In this document: piece by piece, positions 14,020 through 27,625 of the stretch
How positions within the stretch are numbered: the stretch's first letter is position 1
Layout: each line of letters opens with the position of its first letter
Assembly (NCBI GenBank): GCA_044892525.1
Contig: CM097885.1
Coordinates: 27,592,001 to 27,656,000, forward strand
DNA from: Schmidtea polychroa
Taxonomy: Eukaryota
Length of the DNA stretch: 64,000 nucleotides
Direction of reading: 5' to 3'
Notes under the pieces: model-generated
Database searches by the model: none
Told to the model about the DNA's origin: nothing
What the model saw: the letters and a program-made list of their open reading frames with translations, nothing else
Translations under genes and position numbers: made by a program

Positions 14020-15730
14020 GGTAAGTTTTTGAATTGAAGTAATTTTTAGGACTTGAATTTTGATTTTATATAATTATGAGATCATTATTCAAGTTCTTAA
14101 ATATTACTATTAGTCATCATTTATAATCTAATATATTAATAATTAAATTTCAGGTGTTTTTTTAGGAATTTTATGATATTTTATGCATTTATCTGGAATT
14201 ATTTCGCTAAAATGTAAGTTAGATATTTTTATATTTATAAATAAATAAAGTAATCACCAAACAAATTAATTTTTTTAAGACATTTCTTCTAAAGTTGCAT
14301 AAAAATTGGCTTCAACAAAAACCAACAAATTATTTCCCTGTTCTTCTGAAATAATTTGTTTTCTTCCACTTCTTTTTCCTTTTGTAATTTCGGCATATTT
14401 CTTATATTTGTAAATTATTGAAATAATTGAATTTTTGGGGATTCCGAGTAATATTCCAAATTCTTTATAATTGTCCCCATTCTCAAATGCATTAATAAGC
14501 CGAATTTTGTCATTTTCTGTAATTCTTTGAAAATATTAATTTGTTAAAATAATTTATTAAAATTTACGATTTGCGATTTTTTTCTGCAAATTCGAAGTTG
14601 TCGAAGGACCTTCTTCAATATTTGAAATGGCACCTTCACACAAAGAAATATCTGTTATACTGTAAAATATTTTAATATTTTATATTTAAATGAATAAATC
14701 TTACATTGTCAGATCTTCAACTTCGTAAAAACGCACTGTGTCCCGTGAAATATCTGTAAATCTAAAGAAAGTTTATATTCTAAATTATTTTATAATTAAA
14801 TCTTACGATGTATTTTCTTTTCCCCTAAAGCTCAAGGTAGAGCAGTCAGAATCTGATTCAAAAGTTTTTTTGTACATAACTTTTTAAATAATTTGAAAAT
14901 ATTGATATGTTAATTATATGTTAATCAATGTTAATTTCACAAAAAAAGCACTATTAATTTTGTATGTATTTTTCATTATGTGTGCTGTGTTTATATGCTT
15001 AATTATTTTCTCTCACTTTTTAGATTCCTATAATAAATATGTTAAATTTCGCAGCATCAAATTTCTACACACAGGTAAGTTTGTGTGTTCCTATAATATA
15101 TATTTATTGATTTTTTTTAGATTATAGATAATGTTAACTTTCGCAGTTAGGTGTATAGGTCTTTGTTCCGAAATAAATAACCGTTAACATATTGTTAAAA
15201 TATAATTATTTTTAAATTATTAAAAAACGCAAGAAAGAAAGCAAGATCTTTTGATTTACAGAAAGAAATTCGCAAATCGTAAATTTAAATAAATTATTTT
15301 CATAAATTAATATTTGCATCAGAAAATGATGAAATTCGGCTTATTAATGACTTTCAGAATGAGGACAATTCGTTCCTAATTGCATTAAAAAAATAAATGT
15401 CTTCGGTGATTATTTATTTAGTTAAAAATATATCTAACTTACATTTTATTGAAATAATTCCAAATAAAAAATCATTGAATTTCATAAAATTCCTAAAAAA
15501 CACCTGAAATTTAATTATTATCAATGTTATATTATAAATACTGACTAACAGTAATATTTTAGAACTTGAAATTAAAAAAAAAAAATTACCTGAAAACCAT
15601 TTTTAATAAATTGAATAAATGAAATTTAATAACTTCATTTTCACGTAAATGGTGACTCACCTCAACTGGTGTGCACACCAACGTTAATTATAGAGGTTAT
15701 TAAATTTCGGAATTAGGTGTAGAATGAAAC
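14020..15730. mobile_element. Two oppositely oriented relics of a Tc1/IS630-like transposon family; the left one encodes a spliced N-terminal HTH on the minus strand (about 14880-14275)
   Basis: Minus strand 14526-14278 reads RITENDKIRLINAFENGDNYKEFGILLGIPKNSIISIIYKYKKYAEITKGKRSGRKQIISEEQ..ATLEEM, a Tc1/IS630-type HTH with a GR[PK] linker. 14090-14590 is inverted relative to 15250-15570. Confidence 0.65.
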
Positions 15731-16609
15731 AACCAACCATGCTGCTCACCATAAAGACTTGCATCCGTATATTCGTTGATTTATCAGGTAAGTAGTAGCT
15801 AGCATGTATCAATTCTACTACTTGTCTATTTACTATCTGTTGTATTTCATTATTCAGAATGGAAACTGTATGCTGTATATCATAGTAGATACACAAAAAG
15901 GGTTAATAAAAATTCAAAGTGGTTCAAACAAATTTCAAGAGTAGTTATAGGAATTATGAAAAGAGGTTAAAAAATTGATAAACAAAATTTTGAAAATAAT
16001 AATAGTGGTAAATGATTTGCTGAGAAGACGCCTTACATAGTATTTTGTTGACTGATTCAACCAATCAGAATCAATCATATGTGTTTTTGATCATTTTAAT
16101 GTCTTAATTTTAATTTCATATTCCAATCAATTTGACTGGTTGTTTTTATTTCATTTTTAATTCTCTGTTTTTTATCCTAAATAACTTTTTCCTTATTTTT
16201 CTGATTGGTTGAGTGATCGCCTTTCTACATCACTCTTATCCCGCGGATAGGATGAATTTTTTGCTATTCTATGTCTTTTTTCGGCGATTTCTTTTGTGTT
16301 TTTATGCGTTTAAAATACGTTACGTGTGCAATTGCTGGCTTTTATTATTTGATTATTTTTTACTTAGTATTTAATCTTTTGTTGTGCTTAATTTTGTTTT
16401 ATTTCGTGTTGTCTTTTAGTTTTAGTGGGTTTATGCTTTTTATATGGTGTGTGACTTTGTCTCAACGGAACATTCAATTTTCGTTATTTACTTTATTATT
16501 AAATTCAACAAGAATATGAAGGAAAGCTATTTTCTGGGGTTAGGCTAACAAACACAATACGTAAATTTTACGATAGCAATTTAAATAAAAGAGTGGAACG
16601 TGTAAGATA

Positions 16610-17993
16610 AGAGTCTATACAACAAGGTACGACATTAAATATTATTGTTTAATTAACCACGTTTCTAGACACTGAATAGGGTATCTATGCTGACAGGGCA
16701 ACTTGTGCACTTCATCGGCCACCTCATAATCTGACAGACAAATGGAACCTGTATCATTAGCTTCAATGATTTTCTTGACTTGTAATTTCTCAACCACTTT
16801 GTTCAAATTTGTTGAGTTTTTGTTTGTAAGTCGGTCCTTTCTCTGACTCCTCATGTCCTTATTTTACCAAATCAATGAAAACTCAACACAGAATAACTTT
16901 ATTCGCTTTTTATCACAATTACAATTTGTCACTATTTGCACCTTTCTCTCAATTTGAATTTGGTTCGCTAAGGTATGAAACCCAAGGGGTAATTACCTTT
17001 TCTTGTATGATTTAGCTTCTTTATACTTCACAAATTTCTCTTTTGACTTGTCCTTGCTGGATTTTCTGTTTAGCTTTTTCCTTTTTCTCTTCGACCAAAT
17101 GGCGGCTTGCTCATTTCTAAGCTCTCCTTTTATACTGTGTCTAAGAGGCCAATTATCTAGCAAAATGAAATTAATTGTTTCCCCGGGCACCCTAAGTAAA
17201 TTTTGAACGGTTCGACAATTATTTTAATTTATTTACCCTGCAATTATTATTCGAATTGTTATTCCCTTATCTGGTGTCTCGGGTCTCACTGCGCATCGGG
17301 TTTTCTTCAGTGCTCGGGTCTCCCATGGGCTCGGGCTTTCCATTGGCTCGGGCTTTCCATTACAGATTAATTAATTTTAATTAATTTGTTTTTCCTTATT
17401 AACTTTTCTATGGTCACCCTATTACATTTTTATTATACTTTCTAACCTCGTCTAACAATTTGGCATTCAACCATACCCGATACCCCCGTTCGATATTGAT
17501 TTTTAATTTTTATTAAATTTTAATTAATTTTGTACTTATATTGATTTTACCAATTTTTGTTCTGCTTTCTGGTACCCTGTGAAATTTATTTTGTTTTTGC
17601 TCTAACCCCAACAAATTGATTCATAATACTCGTTACAAAATTGTCGAAACGTTGATCTGAAAATATGTAATCTGACGAATCTGATCTAAAATCCAGAGGT
17701 AGCAATCCACCAAATAAATTTGATATTAGCCGGCCAAAAACACTATTTCGGTTATCAGGATCTCTTGGAGTAATAAAAAAGGAACCATCAGTTTCGTTTG
17801 TAGTACTTCCACCAGGAATATGACGAATACTATGAAAAACATTCAAGGCATCATAGTCACATTCCATTGAGTTATCCGATTCAATTCCTTCAATAAATCC
17901 ATCATTGCACGTCACACATTTACCATCCTGAGGTATGTGAACATCCCTGTTGCTTTTATGATAATAGTAATTATCTGTATTAATCGAAGCCAT
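16610..17993 (-). pseudogene. RNF126/RNF115-like RING-H2 E3 ligase pseudogene, split by an insertion of about 0.8 kb
   Basis: 5' part: degenerate zinc ribbon YYYHKSNRDV..CVTCNDGFIE and DYIFSDQRFDNFVTSIMNQF. 3' part at about 16820-16610: GSICLSDYEVADEVHKLPCQHRYPIQCLETWL, then a stop. Several Cys/His ligands are lost. Confidence 0.75.
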
Positions 17994-18299
17994 TAAAGAA
18001 ATTTTATTTTCAAAAAATCCTTTCCAGAAAATCAATCTTTAAAACAACTCCCAAAATTTACCTTAAATCCTTTCAAATCCAAAAACTGACTCACAAATTA
18101 ACATTAGATACAACCCGACAAAAAATGACACTGATCGCGTCTGTGTGCGCATACAAACACAAACACCATCTCCGAATCCAACGTGCACACAGACGCGAAT
18201 TAACCTCATAATTCACCAATTATAATAATTCAAATTTGATAAAATTTATGAGGATGAAGGCTCTTTTTAAAATTTTACTACTATCCATACTGGTGGGTC

Positions 18300-18525
18300 A
18301 CAGGTAATCCACATTTTACATTTTTGAGTCGTTTCTTACGGAACCAAAGATACAATGATTCACTTTGTAATCCAATACTCGTTGAGCGATCAACGTTGGT
18401 AATTTGTCGAATGGGTGAATACTCGAAAAAAGTGAGCGTACTCCTGTAAACTATAGTTGCTGAGCATTCGAGATGGTTCGCGGACTGGCGATAGAGATCA
18501 TATGCCCGGCTTACGTCCACGGATG
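18300..18525 (-). repeat. Copy of an unclassified dispersed repeat of about 250 bp (opposite orientation to the other three copies)
   Basis: The reverse complement matches 27410-27625, 38280-38460 and 62850-63085 (core ACCAACGTTGATCxCTCAACG and GCTCACTTTTT). Confidence 0.7.
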
Positions 18526-20837
18526 AACTTAATTCCCTTTTTCTTTATACCCCATCGACATTAAATAATAACGATTAAATAAATAACGATTTATGACCAA
18601 AAGCAAAATGTTTTATTTAATTAATACACAAATGAATTTTTCAATCCACCTAGCCACTATCTGTCACACCTAAAGTGTCTAGGCCGTAATTGGATTGTCC
18701 GTGGATTCGGATTTCATTAGGTAGGCGTCGCCTAGTGAGTTCGAGCTTTCCTGGTTTATTGAATTTTTTGCTTGGTCGGTAACAAGGACTGTGGTTGTTG
18801 AAACAGCCTGAGGCTCGGCCATCCGTGGTTGGAAACGTGAATTGTTCAGTATTTGGTCGGCTAGATATCGGTCGATGAGATCTTGGTTATCTTAAGCTCC
18901 AAGTTGCCTGGCTTGAATCTTCATAGTCTCCATTCAGTTCTGCGTTGTTTAAGATTGCAGCGTTTTGATTTGCTGTAGGCGTTTCTTCATAGCCTCGGAG
19001 TTAAACCATGTCATTTCCATCTGTCGGATCACTTCCTTGATTGTTTCAATCCCGGAAAGGAATATCTCCACAGATCAAAGTGCGGCATCCTAACCTGCCT
19101 GTATATTTTTGGCCAGGCGCACAACTGAATGTATAACTAATAATTGGTGGTAATTTATATTTTTGTTCTAATTAGCGTCACTTTAAACATCCATTTCCAG
19201 CAGCCACTCTGTATCCACACAGTTTCCCTTTGTTATTCGTAACCTACTCATACACGATCAGTTATCAAGCAACACGAACTAATATAATAAAAAAATGAAT
19301 TTTAAAATAACACTCACCAATAACAACTACGACAGCAAACAAAAATTAGAACATAACATTTAAAATATTTATTTATACAGTAGTATTGAGGTCTGTAAAT
19401 TAAAATGAAATTTAGGTTAATAAATGAAGAGAAAAGACAAATAAAAGCGGGATCATGCACAGAATTGATAGTAAAGGAAAATGTGATGGAAGCAGTATTA
19501 GAAAATGCCAAAAGCAATTACAAAAGGCAAGAATCCGGAAATCCGAGAAAAATCAATAAATTGTAAAATCATCGAAATCGAATTGGAAAAACGGGACAGG
19601 TATAGATTAGCTAATGGTCAACAAGATGATGGTTAGGGATTTATCAGAAAATGGTTAGGAAGGGTCGAAAAGCATTCAAATGTGTAAAACAGAAAAAGTT
19701 AATTAATTAATTAATTGGCTAATAGAAAACCCGACCTAATGGGAAACCCGAGCCAATGAAGAACCCGAGATATGAAGGAAACCCGAGCTGGGTAAACAAA
19801 AAGAAAAGTAAATAGAAGGAAGATTTGAGCCCATTAGCTTGACACAATGATTAATTGGAAAAGAGCAAGGAGAAGATAGTGCGTGTAGAAAAGCCGGAAG
19901 GACCATTAATTATCTTGGTTCGTTGGACCATTATGGGTGACAGCCGAAGCAGATACGTGGAAGCAAAAGAAAACCTCACGAATAAATACATATCGAGTGC
20001 AAGGCGACCATAGAACTTACTTATGGCTTATTGTAATTATAGACTAAAATTTGGTTTAGTACCATTTTAAATTTCTGCAAATTAATTAAAAGATGAGTTA
20101 AACATTAAGACCGTCAATTAACCTCTAATGGTGGTCCGCGAACTTGAAATATAGAAATAAATTATAAATATAAATATAAATAGTACTTATATTTTAATAT
20201 TACTAATTTAATAATTTAGTAATTGAATAGTACTTTATTTAGAAGAAAAATATAAATAGTATTTAAAGTAATTATATATGTATATATAGTAATTATATAA
20301 TTACTATTTTTGAAAACACATATTAATTATTAATATAAATTAGTTGGAATTCGGTATGTGAAACAGAACAAATTTTAGAATTAAATTAGAGGAACCGATT
20401 TCCAGATCAATAAAATTTGAATTGATCTATTTGTGGACTAGAGAAAATTAACACATTTTGCTTAATAACCGATTGGCGGTTCAAGATAGAAGAAATTTGA
20501 TCGAATCAATACTCTAATTGGAAATTTACAAAATCTGAGAAATTCATTTTAAATTCTGTATTTCAATTTTACTGAAATTTGTGATAACTAAACTAATTTA
20601 TTGTGCTTTAAAAAAATACAAAATTGTATTAGAAAAAAAAATTCTGAATATTAAATTTATTTTATTTTAAATATAGGTCAACTAAATTTACCTAACTTGA
20701 CCTTGAAATAAAGGCTCTGGCCTCCTGAATTTAATATTACTGTATGGCCAAATTTAGCTATCTATATACCTATGTAATAATTTTAAATCAAATTACATTT
20801 TAAATTTCTATAAAATTTTGTAATATAAAGTAATGTA

Positions 20838-23800
20838 ATGAATCTAAATAATAAAGGTATCTTATATATTGTTTTTATATATTTACATATTCAAATTATA
20901 AACATTTCAAGTAATTTTGTTAGCCAATTTAAAAGTCTGCAGATTGTCTTCTAAAACCAATACGTGTTTTTACAAGGTTCTGGGATTAGAACAGAATTGC
21001 AGCCAAGAAGACATTAAAACTGCTTTTTTTTCAAAATCATTGCTGTATCATCCAGATAGAAATCGTCATGCCGATAAAAATGAAATTCAGACTAATTTAT
21101 ATAAATTTCAAGATATTGCAGCAGCTTATAACATTTTAGGTAATCCAGAAAAGAGAAATCATTACGATATTACTATTGGTAAAGGCACAGTTAACAAAAC
21201 CATTCCACGAACTGATTCAGAAAGCATTTATCGAAAGTAAAATGATTATTTTTTACTGGAAATTCAAAATTTTATAATTAATTATAACTTAAATTAAACT
21301 ATATAAAATTAAATTATAATTAAATTAAAGATTTTTAGCTTGTCACAACTTAATTAAAGGAATGTAAATTTATTTTAATAACAGTATTCAGATGAATAAA
21401 AGTATTATTTAGTATTTCTGGGTAAGTAAATATCAAACGGGTGAGTTTGCTACTTTTAATAAATTTTGCACAATAATATAGACTCAAGTGTGACGGCATC
21501 TCACATTTTAAATAATTATTTAATTTAATTAGATTATTTAATAATATTAAATTAATATACTTTATAATTTTTGATGACTTAATGATTTAACGATTTATTG
21601 TAAATTTATAATTTTATATTCCCGTAAAGTATTTGGAATATAATATTTAATGCTAAAGAAAGAAGTAATTCGATGACTGACAATTCAGACATTTAGAGTT
21701 TACAAGTCAACGATTGACGAAATTATTTCATCGGCCTATGTGAAGAATGGTAAACCAATTATCAATTCTAAGTACAATGAGGTAATAAAAGAAGATGAAC
21801 ATGACTGTAATTAAAACAGAATTGAAAAGTGAAGAAAGAAATTGAGAGAAACGAAAACAAGACAGAAATCGTAAGGAAAGGAAGAAAATAAAATTAAAGC
21901 GAAACTTAATGTGAATTACAAAGTTACATTAGAAGCGAGTTATTGAATAAATTCGTATCAAAACAAAAAGCCACTTGGTCATATCCACCGATTATTGAAA
22001 CCAGAAATAGTACCCAAGCTGTTGTGAATTCCAAGTTTTGTTCAGATAATTCTTTGTCTCGCTGTAAATTGGTAATCAATTGTGTTAATAAATTATTGTC
22101 TGGACCTCGTGATTGTTATTAAAGAAGGCAGGCTTTGGAATCAAATCAATAATTGATAATATTTAATTTAATCGGCAACTCCAACAAATATATTTACATT
22201 TAAATTGTTAGTATATATTTTCAATATATTAATTATAAAACATTAAATTCTAAATCAATTAATATACAATATTTAAATTAGTTAATTAATTAAGCTAAAT
22301 TGTATGCATTATTTAACTTAATCCTTTCGCATTTATTGGAGTGAGTTTGGTAATGCAAGAAAATCCATGAATCTGGTGATAATCAATTTCTTGTGACCAA
22401 CTGTAGTAGTATTTCAAAACAAATTTAAATCTTTTATGAATATAAGTACAGTTACAATATCATATCAATAAGATAATATTTGCTCCAAAGACTGGTTCTT
22501 CTCAGTATCTTCACTGTAAGGTTCCTGGTAAAAAGACTCTTATTGGAAGTAATTTCAGCTCCCATATTTCTGATGAAGTGATTAAAAAGTGCAACGAAAT
22601 GAATATATCTTTTCTGTGACTCCCACCTAATACGATACATTTATGTCAACCACTGGATGTAAGTTTATTTGAAACTATGAAGAAATACTGGCGACAGACA
22701 CTCACAAAATGGAAAATACATGAATGACGATGCTTGTCAGTGATTTCTAAAGAAACATTCTACACACTGCCGTCACTCTTGCTCGACGATCCTGACACAC
22801 TCAGTGCCATGTCAGTCATTTTTGACTGACAGTGCTTTGCAGTGACAGCAAAGAAAGAGAAAATACGGAAATATTTTAGTCTACTGTGATCTTCGTAATA
22901 GGTAAGTTCATTTGCATAAGGTCGATTTGTCTGATAATAACATGTTAAAGAAGGCCTGTTCTTTCTGTGGCCCTGAGTGTTAAACTATTGTTCCAAAAGA
23001 ATGTTATCAATGAGTGAACATTAAACAATCAAGCTGTCTTCATCTGTTTTCGAAATGCTGAATGGTATGTAATTTGCAAAAAGCCCTCACAAAATTACAC
23101 GCAACAATCAAAATTTTCATCATATAGATTGTAAAAATCGATGATAGTTGTGTTTATAAGAATTCTTTCTGAGTAAGTAATGAACACTTGTGCTAACTGA
23201 GTTTTAGCTTTAATGCAAGCATTTGAACGTATTGTCGACATTTGCATTTCAGTATTCGCATAAGTCGATTATACTTTCATTTAATGTTAGAATGAAAGGC
23301 TCTTCAGATCTTTTATTTAAATATTCAAACTAGATTTTCATTATTGAAATCAGTCAATCGCCTAAGTACAACTATTATTTTTAATTAAAGTGCTTTTTAA
23401 TAGTAATTTCAATAAAGTAATTTTGTTATTGTTGGCTGCAATAAAATTGTCAGTTTCAGGTTTATTTAAAAAATCAAAAATCACATTTTTTAAAAGTCTA
23501 TTTAATCCAAAAATTTCTGTCTAAGCAATTCTATATAAAATTTAAACAAATATTTTCGTTCTTAAAATAAATCGATATTTACAAATTATTCTATAATTTC
23601 AATGAATATTTAAAATTCGAAAATATGGATTTTACCTTGAGATCTTGTCAATCTTTAATAGATCTTTAGTATGATAAATAAAATTATGTTATCAGCATTA
23701 AACATTATTTTATACAAGAATATTGACTTGAAAAATTGATTGTCAGCACTCTGATCTAAACCAGATTTTATATAATATTTCTCTTGTAGCTATGATTCTT

Positions 23801-24185
23801 GACTTGACTTGAGTTGTTTTTGAAGAATTTCCATCTACACTAATTTCTAACAAGCTCTATTTTGAAAATTTCAAAAATTATTTGTAGGAACAGACATGAT
23901 CCTCGATATCGTAGAACACCGGCTTCAGCAGATCCAAATGCATTTAGGATTTATGAGCGCTTCAATCGAATGGATCGAATTGTTTTAAAAAAAGATGAGA
24001 ACGTTTTAAGTAAACAGACTATCTTTATCCCAAAATATACGGAATACGATTTGAAATATAATACTAAATATTCTCCAGACTTTGCTGAACGTTCAAATTA
24101 TGCTAAGAAATATAAATATTTTTATATTGTTTTAGTAACAATTGTGCCTGGAAGTCTTTTTATCCTATTTTCGGTGACTAAATAG
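20838..24185 (+). CDS. DnaJ-domain protein with C-terminal transmembrane segment (DNAJC30/DNAJC4-like, probably mitochondrial); 3 exons
   Basis: Probable exon 1 is 20838-20856. Exon 2 runs from 20912 or 20924 to 21236 and holds the J-domain FYKVLGL..DIKTAF..YHPDRN..AYNILGNPEKRNHYD. A 2.65-kb intron (21237-23887) splices in frame to exon 3, 23888-24185, ending in hydrophobic YFYIVLVTIVPGSLFILF. Confidence 0.85.
22500..22730 (+). mobile_element. pogo/Tigger (DDE_1) transposase fragment in the DnaJ intron
   Basis: Reads PGKKTLIGSNFSSHISDEVIKKCNEMNISFL*LPPNTIHLCQPLDVSLFETMKKYWRQTLTKWK, containing the LPPNxTHxxQPLD motif. Confidence 0.85.
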
Positions 24186-25114
24186 ACAAAATTGTGTGAT
24201 TATAAATCTTGAAGTTTAATTAATGTTTAATGCTTGCCAAAATTTTTAATTAATTTTTGAATATGTGCTTTTTGACTGCTAGCAGTGTGCTATATAGAGT
24301 GTATATATTGAGCGTTGTATAATTGTTATGGATTGCATAAACTCTATCTTTGATGTAGTTTCGTGGCCTAAAGTCCAATATCGTGAGGTCTAGAGATCTT
24401 GGTGGCTATTAATTTGGTCCTATGGAAAATGTTGATCAAACCATTGTCGTGCTGGAATACTGAGATGAGCCGGATAGGTCTACATTTCTAAGTTTCTCAA
24501 TTTACTCCAACTCATGACATTTTTTGTAGCTCCTGTATCGAACAAGTATTTCATCTTCTGGTCTTGTATTCTAATAGTTACACTTGATCGGCCTTGCATT
24601 TTATCATAACTAATAATTCATCTTATGTGAGTATTTGTATTTTTTTTCTCTTTCTCTGCAAAATCCTTTTTTATGAATCTGTTTATTTTCCTTATCACAT
24701 TATTATCCTCTTTCGTTACCTTTACACTTTTCACATCTTTCTCTATAATACATGATATTATACTTTTATTATAATTAATAATTTGGGAGTCAGCATCGAT
24801 GTTTAATACACTGCCCGACTATCGGGGCGTTGATTTCTGGGTATTATCTTCTATTCTTTCAACAATTGGTTCGTATATACATACTACGTATCTCTTGTCT
24901 GCCTGTCTTGTCTCCGTTTTTGTTCCTTGATAACCATTCCTCCATGATTATTCTTAGTTATTTTATAATTAAATCTAACGATGTTTTTTCGTCTTTTCTA
25001 TGTAGGTCAAGGTAGAGGTGTCCGATTCTGAATCAAAAGTCTTCCTCCACAATTTTTTAATAATTTGAAAATAATAATATAAAAATAATTATAAAAAAAA
25101 AAATAATAATATTG

Positions 25115-25171
<57 letters not shown>

Positions 25172-26405
25172 TCTTTACCAATTATAATAATATATCATTA
25201 GAGAGATCTTACACTAGAGTTTAAGATGAGCTATCGATGGGAACACTAACTATTTTACTAATATTTTTTTATACATTGTGTAATAATATGTTAAAGTTTT
25301 AGAAGTACCTTTGCGAGCAGTACATTAGTAACATTTACCTTTGTGAGCAGTACCCATAGGGGAACAGATAATGCAAAGTATATGCAATAATTTTATTTTG
25401 TCAACTTAACCGTCAAAATAAGTTCTTAAAATATATTTAAATTTTAAAATACCGCAACGTAATATATTTAAAAGGTATGATGAGTCATGTGTCTTTGTTC
25501 AAATGTCTTTGTTTAAATTTTTTCATTTGTTATGCAATGTCTTTGTTACGTAATATTAAAAAATTAAAATTTTTTTTTAAGAATTAAAAAAAACCACCCC
25601 CTCCCCGGTGGTAGGGGTATGACGTAATCTCCTTTATAACATCATCGATTACGTAATAGTTCTTTGTTCCCGGGTCCATACATTACCCTACTAAAGTAAT
25701 ACATCTATACTCAAATTGATTCACTGATTGCTCAAAAAATTCAAAAAATTCAGTATAAATTCATTTAAAATTATCAATGTCATCAATCTACACTTAAAAT
25801 AATTATCATTAAATTCCAAAAGAGAATGATAACTATTGATAACATATAATAAACCAGTAAATTCTTTTAAATGACAATAATTGGTATTTCCAAGCGAATT
25901 CTCTAATAAAATCATCTAAAAAGCATCAAATTTCCCTGAAAGATCTCTGTCTTTAATGATTAATATTTTATCGATAAATACCCTTAAAATGTTATATATT
26001 TCACTCAGACTAATAAGATTCCTTAAATCCCTTTAAATGACTATATTTCTACCCTTAATTCCTATTATCACAAATATTTCACTAAAATCTAAAATTAATT
26101 TGGTCATTATGTCTAAATAATTTATAAAATCTATTGATAAAACCAGTTATAATTAAATTTTTATTCTAAATGTAAATCACTGTACTTGAATTTTAAAATA
26201 AATATCACTGTACAACTCCCACTGTACAAGGTCCCATTGAAAAATTAAATTTATCCATTCAATAAAATATACTTCTTCAAATGGTTATATTTTACCGATA
26301 TTCAACCGATTTAATTACTAATTTAAATTACCCAATAAATTTCTTCCAATAAAGATCAATTTTCTTTAGTGGTTTTTGATGTTTAAGTATAACTATATTT
26401 GCAAA

Positions 26406-27378
26406 ATGATTTGTGGTAAATTCGAATTATGTATATTTGATCAAACATCACCCAAAGCGGTAAATGAATTTGGGGCATTTGAGGAAGTTTTTCATATGAA
26501 TTCAATTATCGATAGTAGAAATGATATCGAGTTTTATATTAATGGTTCGCAAACTGAATATTTAGATTTGAACGATACTTTATTGACTGTTCAGATCAAG
26601 TTTGTAGATAAAGATAGAAAAGTTTTGGATGTCAATGCAGATGTATTACCAAACAATTTCCTGTTTCATATTCTTTTTAAAGATGCAGTGTTGGGATTTA
26701 ATAATATCAAGATTGAGGGTGGAAATAATGCATTCATTCACAAAGCTTTAATAGAAACTATTTTAAATTACAATTCTGATACTAAAAATACATGTCTTAC
26801 TCCTATGGGTTATGTGGCAAAAGATGATGAAAGAAAAAAATTTGTTAAAGGCTCAAAGCTTTTCACCATGTGCTCATCATTACAACTCGATTTTGTGGAT
26901 CAACCAAAATATTTACTAGCAGGAGTTAATGTACACATTAGAGATTCTACATTATCTCTTACTAGTACAGGTGCACCAATATGTCAATTAGTTGATGCAA
27001 AATTATTAGTGAGAAGATTTCGAGTGGACCCATCAGTATTAGCTGGGCATCAATTAGTTTTAATTCAAAACATGCAATTTAGATATTAGAAACAAAGGAA
27101 ATTGTACAATTTGCTATTGCTAAAGGTGCTTTATCATTCTACAAAGAACAAATATTTGGTGTTAGAAGAATGCCAAATTTTATTCTGATAACATTTCAAA
27201 GTGAAACACAATATAATGGATCATATACTGCTTTCAGCTGAATTTTCAAAAACTTTGGTGTTACATCATTGACTTTGTCAAAAAGTACTGATTATAGAGA
27301 AACATATACTCAGGATTTCGACATTAATAATTACTGTGATACATATATGCAGAGTATTGTTAGAAACTATGATAAATA
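26406..27378 (+). pseudogene. Maverick/Polinton major capsid protein (double jelly-roll, F54H12.2-like family), frameshifted and truncated
   Basis: Contains ELCIFDQ, IEFYINGSQTEYLDLNDTLLTVQIK, NFLFHILFKD, KALIETILNY..TK, DFVDQPKYLLAGVNVHI and AKLLVRRFRVDPSVLAGH. After a frameshift it continues as GALSFYKEQIFG..MPNFILITF..YNGSY. All match the motif series I recognise for this family. Confidence 0.88.
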
Positions 27379-27409
27379 ACTGTAATTCGGCAAAACAATC
27401 TGGAAGCGA

Positions 27410-27625
27410 TGGGACCAGGAAAAATCGGACATAGGCCTTCTATCAGCATTCCGTGAACTCAAGTGAGTACTGGACAATTATAGTATTGCCGGTACTCAAA
27501 CCCTTGGTACAGTACCAACGTTGATCACTCAACGGGTATCAAGCGGTCGACCTGTAATTGTATTCTGGGTTACACTGGAAACAACACGACAGGGTAGAAT
27601 GTTTGATTACCTGTAACACACCAGT
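27410..27625 (+). repeat. Copy of the unclassified dispersed repeat of about 250 bp, at the break point of the capsid pseudogene
   Basis: Core nearly identical to 38280-38460. Confidence 0.8.
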
